Shown in pieces: positions 60,557-64,000 of a stretch of 64,000 nucleotides of DNA. Source of the DNA: Leptonemataceae bacterium (GTDB lineage: Bacteria > Spirochaetota > Leptospiria > Leptospirales > Leptonemataceae); the NCBI GenBank assembly GCA_965227295.1, contig OZ245742.1:224001-288000 (forward strand), in the 5' to 3' direction. Both the position numbers and the translations under genes were made by a program. The first letter of the stretch is position 1. Each line of letters starts with the position of its first letter. The notes under the pieces are model-generated. The model was not told the origin of the DNA and did no database searches. It saw nothing but the letters and a program-made list of their open reading frames with translations.

Positions 60557-61471
60557 TCAGCCGCGGCGATACACATGCAGTTGATGCGTGGCGATGGCCT
60601 CGCGCACCGCCGACGGCAGACTCGACAGATTCAACTCCTGGTCCGCCCCGTCGAGACAAATCCCCGCGTCGAGAATCTGCAACGTCGCGCGATCCACGAC
60701 GCACTCGTACTTCTCGCCGCCGAAGCGGTACTTCACGATCGCCTGGTCGCCGCCCTGGCTGCGCCAGTCCACCAGCTCCGCGCCGGTGTGCGCGAGGGCC
60801 GCAATGACACGATCATCGAACGTCTCGTCGCGGCGACGACGATCGCGCACGAGTTCTTCCAGCTCACGTTCCGCGACGGCGCGACGCTCGGCCTCGCGAC
60901 GCAGGTACGCTTCTTCTTCGGCACGCAACCGGGCGAGCTCCGCCGCCTGGTGTTGCAGTTCGCGATCGAAGACCGCGGCCGCGTACGCGCTCGCGAGCGA
61001 AGGCACCACGCCTTTTACGTGATCGATGCCGCGGCCGTCGCGATGTACGCTGCCTTCTTCAAAGGCGTCGCGCACCTGACCTTCGGCTTCGCTCTCGAAA
61101 CCGATGCCGGTAAAAATGTAGTGCCCGTCGTACCACACCCGCGCGGTGATCGGGGCGAAACGTTCCGGCGGTTCGTTCGCATCGATGCCGAAGATGTTTT
61201 TCTGAAACGTATCCCCGACGAAGCGGCCGTTATAAAAGTGACCGCTGACTTCTTTGAGATCCGCATGATCTTCCAGCGCCGTTCGCGCCGTGTCTTCGTC
61301 GAGGGCCTCCGCGACTTCCACGAAGCGGCCCTGTTCGCGGAAACGATACCAGCCCGGCGCCGGTCGTTCTTTCAGGCGATACGCGCGCTCCGCGTCACAC
61401 ACCCGGTCGCCGCCGAAGTACGGCAACACCAGTTCGCGATCGCCGCCCTGTAGAAATGCGCGATAGTCCAT
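60557..61471 (-). CDS. Hypothetical protein: beta-rich N-terminus, coiled coil, C-terminal domain with E2-like GICL motif
   Basis: Start ATG 61471 (MDYRAF), 304 aa; QILDAGICLDG near the C-terminus; first gene of the JAB-Ubl-E1 run. Confidence 0.7.
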   Translation of the reverse strand: MDYRAFLQGGDRELVLPYFGGDRVCDAERAYRLKERPAPGWYRFREQGRFVEVAEALDEDTARTALEDHADLKEVSGHFYNGRFVGDTFQKNIFGIDANEPPERFAPITARVWYDGHYIFTGIGFESEAEGQVRDAFEEGSVHRDGRGIDHVKGVVPSLASAYAAAVFDRELQHQAAELARLRAEEEAYLRREAERRAVAERELEELVRDRRRRDETFDDRVIAALAHTGAELVDWRSQGGDQAIVKYRFGGEKYECVVDRATLQILDAGICLDGADQELNLSSLPSAVREAIATHQLHVYRRG

Positions 61472-61635
61472 AAACGATCTCTGTAACAGAGGCACGCGAG
61501 TGCGAAACAGTTTTTTCCTTCGCAGGAAAATTCCGGATTCGAACCGGAACGGTGGACAACCGTTTGCTCCCATAGCAAATCTCAAATGCTTGTTACTGTA
61601 ATTCCGATTGCATGCCTCTATTGCAGAGATCGTTT
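61472..61635 (-). ncRNA. Structured tRNA-mimic RNA, copy A (Y-RNA/Yrl-like candidate)
   Basis: About 26-bp closing stem; core 61491-61616 with D-like arm, T arm TCCGG-TTCGAAT-CCGGA and a GCGA tetraloop hairpin; 5' and 3' blocks shared with copy B. Confidence 0.75.
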
Positions 61636-61642
61636 CGGTGGA

Positions 61643-61802
61643 GAACAGCGCCGGGGATGGGCACGCGAGTGCGATGCAGTTTCGTTTGGTTACGTGACCG
61701 GAATCGAACCGGCTCCTCAAGATTAGAAGTCTTGTGCTCTACCTGTGAGCTACACATGCTTGTAACTGCGCTCCGATTGCATGCCCATTCCCGGGGCTGT
61801 TC
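61643..61802 (-). ncRNA. Structured tRNA-mimic RNA, copy B, containing a tRNA-Arg(UCU)-like cloverleaf
   Basis: About 24-bp closing stem; cloverleaf at 61687-61759: GCTC-ACAGGTA-GAGC, CAAGA-CTTCTAA-TCTTG, GCCGG-TTCGATT-CCGGT, 5-bp acceptor stem, then CCA. Confidence 0.8.
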
Positions 61803-62081
61803 GTCGTTTTCCCTTCTCATCTATTTTGCGCGCGTTCTTTGCAAGATCGGAGCGGTTTTTTCTGCGCCGTCCTTGAAAAACAAGAACGCCCACCCGCCTG
61901 CCGCGCCCGGTTCATCGGCCCGTTTTCGCACCTCATCAACGGTTCGCCGAAACCTCAACCAGCCTCCTATCTCGCAACTCGCGGACACACCGTCCGCATT
62001 CCTCGCAACTGATCATTCCTCCCGTCCGCCCTCGCGGACATTCCTTTTAACATGTTAAAATAACAGGACCGCAGGCGGCCC

Positions 62082-62125
62082 AAAAACGAAAAAACCCTCC
62101 GATGCGCGTGCATTCCGGAGGGTTT
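62082..62125 (-). terminator. Intrinsic terminator, probably conditional (attenuator)
   Basis: Minus strand AAACCCTCCG...CGGAGGGTTT followed by TTTCGTTTTT. Confidence 0.8.
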
Positions 62126-62159
62126 CGTGGAATCGAAACGGGTCTTTCGCCGCATCAAC

Positions 62160-62261
62160 TTACACCACAGACCCTCCCGGCATCTTGCCGCAGTCCTCAT
62201 TCGTTTTCCGATGTAAACTTACAGGTCGCATCATCGTGCCTTTCGAGGTTATGAGACGCAT
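62160..62261 (-). promoter_or_regulatory. Putative leader peptide ORF of the attenuator
   Basis: 33 aa (MRLITSKGTMMRPVSLHRKTNEDCGKMPGGSVV*); alternative starts at 62234/62231 after AAAGG; its last codons contain GGAGGGT, complementary to the terminator 5' arm. Confidence 0.5.
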
Positions 62262-62291
62262 GGTTCCGTAAAATTGTTTCAAAAAATTTTT

Positions 62292-62404
62292 ACTCCGAGG
62301 CCCGAGGTACCGAGAAAAAAGAAAAAGGAGGGTGATCATAACCCGCTTGCATGCAGACTACAATCACCCTCCCCAAAAAAACTCGGACCCTCGGTCCTCG
62401 GAGT
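62292..62404. repeat. Intergenic element with terminal inverted repeats (family A)
   Basis: ACTCCGAGGCCCGAGG ... CTCGGTCCTCGGAGT. Confidence 0.8.
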
Positions 62405-62417
62405 CCAACTTCTTAAC

Positions 62418-64000
62418 TCAGTACGGCTTCGTCAGCAACTGAGTCCGCAGCACTTCCTCGACGAGAGACAGCTTGCCGCTTTTCAGCGGTTGCGCCTTCA
62501 GGATCGCCTGAAGACTGCGCTGCACCTGGTAGACGTCCGAAAACTGATCGACGTCCACTTCCGTGTACGGCAACTTCATCTCCACGGCCGCCTTGCGCAC
62601 CGTTTCGCCGCGCGACCACGCCACGTTGACAATGTGCGCGAACGCCGAGACATCGAAGCCGCAATCACGAAACGCCTTCGCGAACTCCGCGCCGGACTCA
62701 CCGGCCTCGTCACCGACGGCGAAGACGATCAGGTCCGCGCCGTCCGGAATCGTAACACCGGACTGCTTCAGCGCACGCACGCCGGAGCCGTAGACCGTGC
62801 CGCCGCCCGCTTCGATGCGCGAGAGCATGTGCTCCACGCCGCGCCGCGACGGATGACGCAAACGCAACACGGTGCCCACGGTATCAAAGGCGACGACGTG
62901 CAGTTTCTCCGGCTCGAAGCCCTGCAAAATTCCCGCGAGCGCCTCTTTCGATTTCTCGATGGCGCCGGACATCGAAGCCGACGTGTCGATCAAGAACACG
63001 ATGTGGATGTCCGCGTCTTCCGTCGCTGCGTCCACAGCCTTCTTGACGGCGCCGTCCGCCGCATCTTCCAACGCTGCGACGTTCTCGCGGTTACGCACGT
63101 TCTTTGCGATGTTGCGCGCCCGCTGATCGTCCAGATTCTTAAGTGCATCCTGCCAGCGCTTACGAATCTCCTCGTGCTTCAACAACCCCAGGTCCTCCAG
63201 CGTCGGCGTGAGAATCGCGAGATCCCGATCCGACACACCGCCGGCTTCCAGTACAGCGACGAAGATCGCCGGACTCAGGCCGATCTCCGGCGGCAGCATG
63301 CCCGTGACCTGCTTGTAACCGAGCTGTTTGTCCACGATCAGCGCACAGATTTCCGCTTCGCTCTTGTTTTCGAAAGAAAGGCTCTCGCGATTCAACTCGC
63401 CCAGGCCCACGCTACGGTGACCCTGTTCGTGCTGCTTCTGCGGCCAGTTCAAAATCTCGAAAAAGCGCTGCGACTCCGGCTTGTATCCGACCATGCGCGC
63501 CAGGTTCTTCACCGTCTTCGCGTAACCGGCCTTCTTCAGGCCCTCGAGCAACTGAATGTTCATCTCGCGGAAACGCAGCCAGTCTTCCACGGCCTTGTAA
63601 TAACGGCCCGTAAACGGCTTGCGTTTCTGCACATTGCCGAAGCCCAGTTCCTTGTTGATCGCGACAACGCCAGGCAACGACAATACGTCGCCGATACGCG
63701 CAATCATCTTCGGCGAAAGCATCTTCGCCGAGCCGCGCTCATAGGTCTTCAGCATGGCCTCGCCGACTTCTCGAAAGTCGTCGTCGTGAAACAGCAGTTC
63801 GCGTTTGCCGTTGTTCTCGTCGAACACCGGTTCGCCGCTGCGGTTCTGCACGAGCATGAACGCCGCGCACACGACCTTAATATCCCGCCACGTGGTCTTA
63901 GTCGCCACGTAGGACGCGAGCCGGGCCGCGAGTTCCTCGTTCACCTTGTAAATGTCCGCGATCGTGCCGTAGACCTGCACGATGGCGTGTTCGTTCGGCC
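62418..64000 (-). CDS. vWA-domain protein with large helical N-terminal region (TROVE/Ro60-like architecture); 5' end outside the window
   Basis: MIDAS DTSASMS ... GGT ... VGDE in the C-terminal ~195 aa; basic helical N-terminal region; frame open to the window edge. Confidence 0.8.
   Translation of the reverse strand, partial: PNEHAIVQVYGTIADIYKVNEELAARLASYVATKTTWRDIKVVCAAFMLVQNRSGEPVFDENNGKRELLFHDDDFREVGEAMLKTYERGSAKMLSPKMIARIGDVLSLPGVVAINKELGFGNVQKRKPFTGRYYKAVEDWLRFREMNIQLLEGLKKAGYAKTVKNLARMVGYKPESQRFFEILNWPQKQHEQGHRSVGLGELNRESLSFENKSEAEICALIVDKQLGYKQVTGMLPPEIGLSPAIFVAVLEAGGVSDRDLAILTPTLEDLGLLKHEEIRKRWQDALKNLDDQRARNIAKNVRNRENVAALEDAADGAVKKAVDAATEDADIHIVFLIDTSASMSGAIEKSKEALAGILQGFEPEKLHVVAFDTVGTVLRLRHPSRRGVEHMLSRIEAGGGTVYGSGVRALKQSGVTIPDGADLIVFAVGDEAGESGAEFAKAFRDCGFDVSAFAHIVNVAWSRGETVRKAAVEMKLPYTEVDVDQFSDVYQVQRSLQAILKAQPLKSGKLSLVEEVLRTQLLTKPY

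Noticed and set aside
61472-61720. N-terminal 83 aa of the ORF-track 387-aa protein
   Set aside because: It runs through the structured RNAs and has atypical composition; ATG 61471 is the more plausible start.
61687-61759. Canonical tRNA-Arg gene
   Set aside because: The top two acceptor pairs mismatch and the cloverleaf is nested in a scaffold shared with a non-tRNA paralog, so it is reported as ncRNA.
61472-61802. CRISPR array
   Set aside because: Only two units, with split conserved blocks and structured interiors; no cas genes in the window.
61936-62016. 26-aa minus-strand ORF with CxxCxxC (MISCEECGRC...)
   Set aside because: Too short, the SD-like GGAGGA abuts the ATG, and the motif arises from local repeated words.

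Overview
GC-rich bacterial chromosomal segment; the gene families (HAMP adenylate cyclase, membrane SpoIIE phosphatases, several conserved hypotheticals) suggest a Leptospirales-like spirochaete, which is inference only. The first ~52 kb are mostly housekeeping and accessory metabolism: an SO2930-type diheme cytochrome, two-component genes, gpsA, modABC, a TauD/BBOX dioxygenase, an ABC-F protein, an M23 peptidase and a divergent citrate-synthase pair. They also hold an elbBCD-like (ether-lipid-type) cluster whose LarA-family gene has no adjacent larBCE, while larB-larC-larE plus a nickel transporter lie about 22 kb away. The last 12 kb hold a complete Wadjet jetABCD operon (+) converging on a minus-strand locus, which is the best candidate for an undescribed system. 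In transcription order that locus is: a vWA protein with a large helical (possibly TROVE/Ro-like) N-terminus, a leader peptide with an attenuator-like terminator, two tandem ~160-nt structured RNAs with tRNA-mimic cores (one tRNA-Arg(UCU)-like), a protein with an E2-like 'G-I-C-L' motif, a JAB/JAMM peptidase, a small Gly-terminated ubiquitin-like protein and a minimal ThiF/E1. Two families of intergenic repeats are also present. No CRISPR array, rRNA, canonical tRNA, integrase or transposase was seen. All calls come from motif reading by eye; no searches were run.
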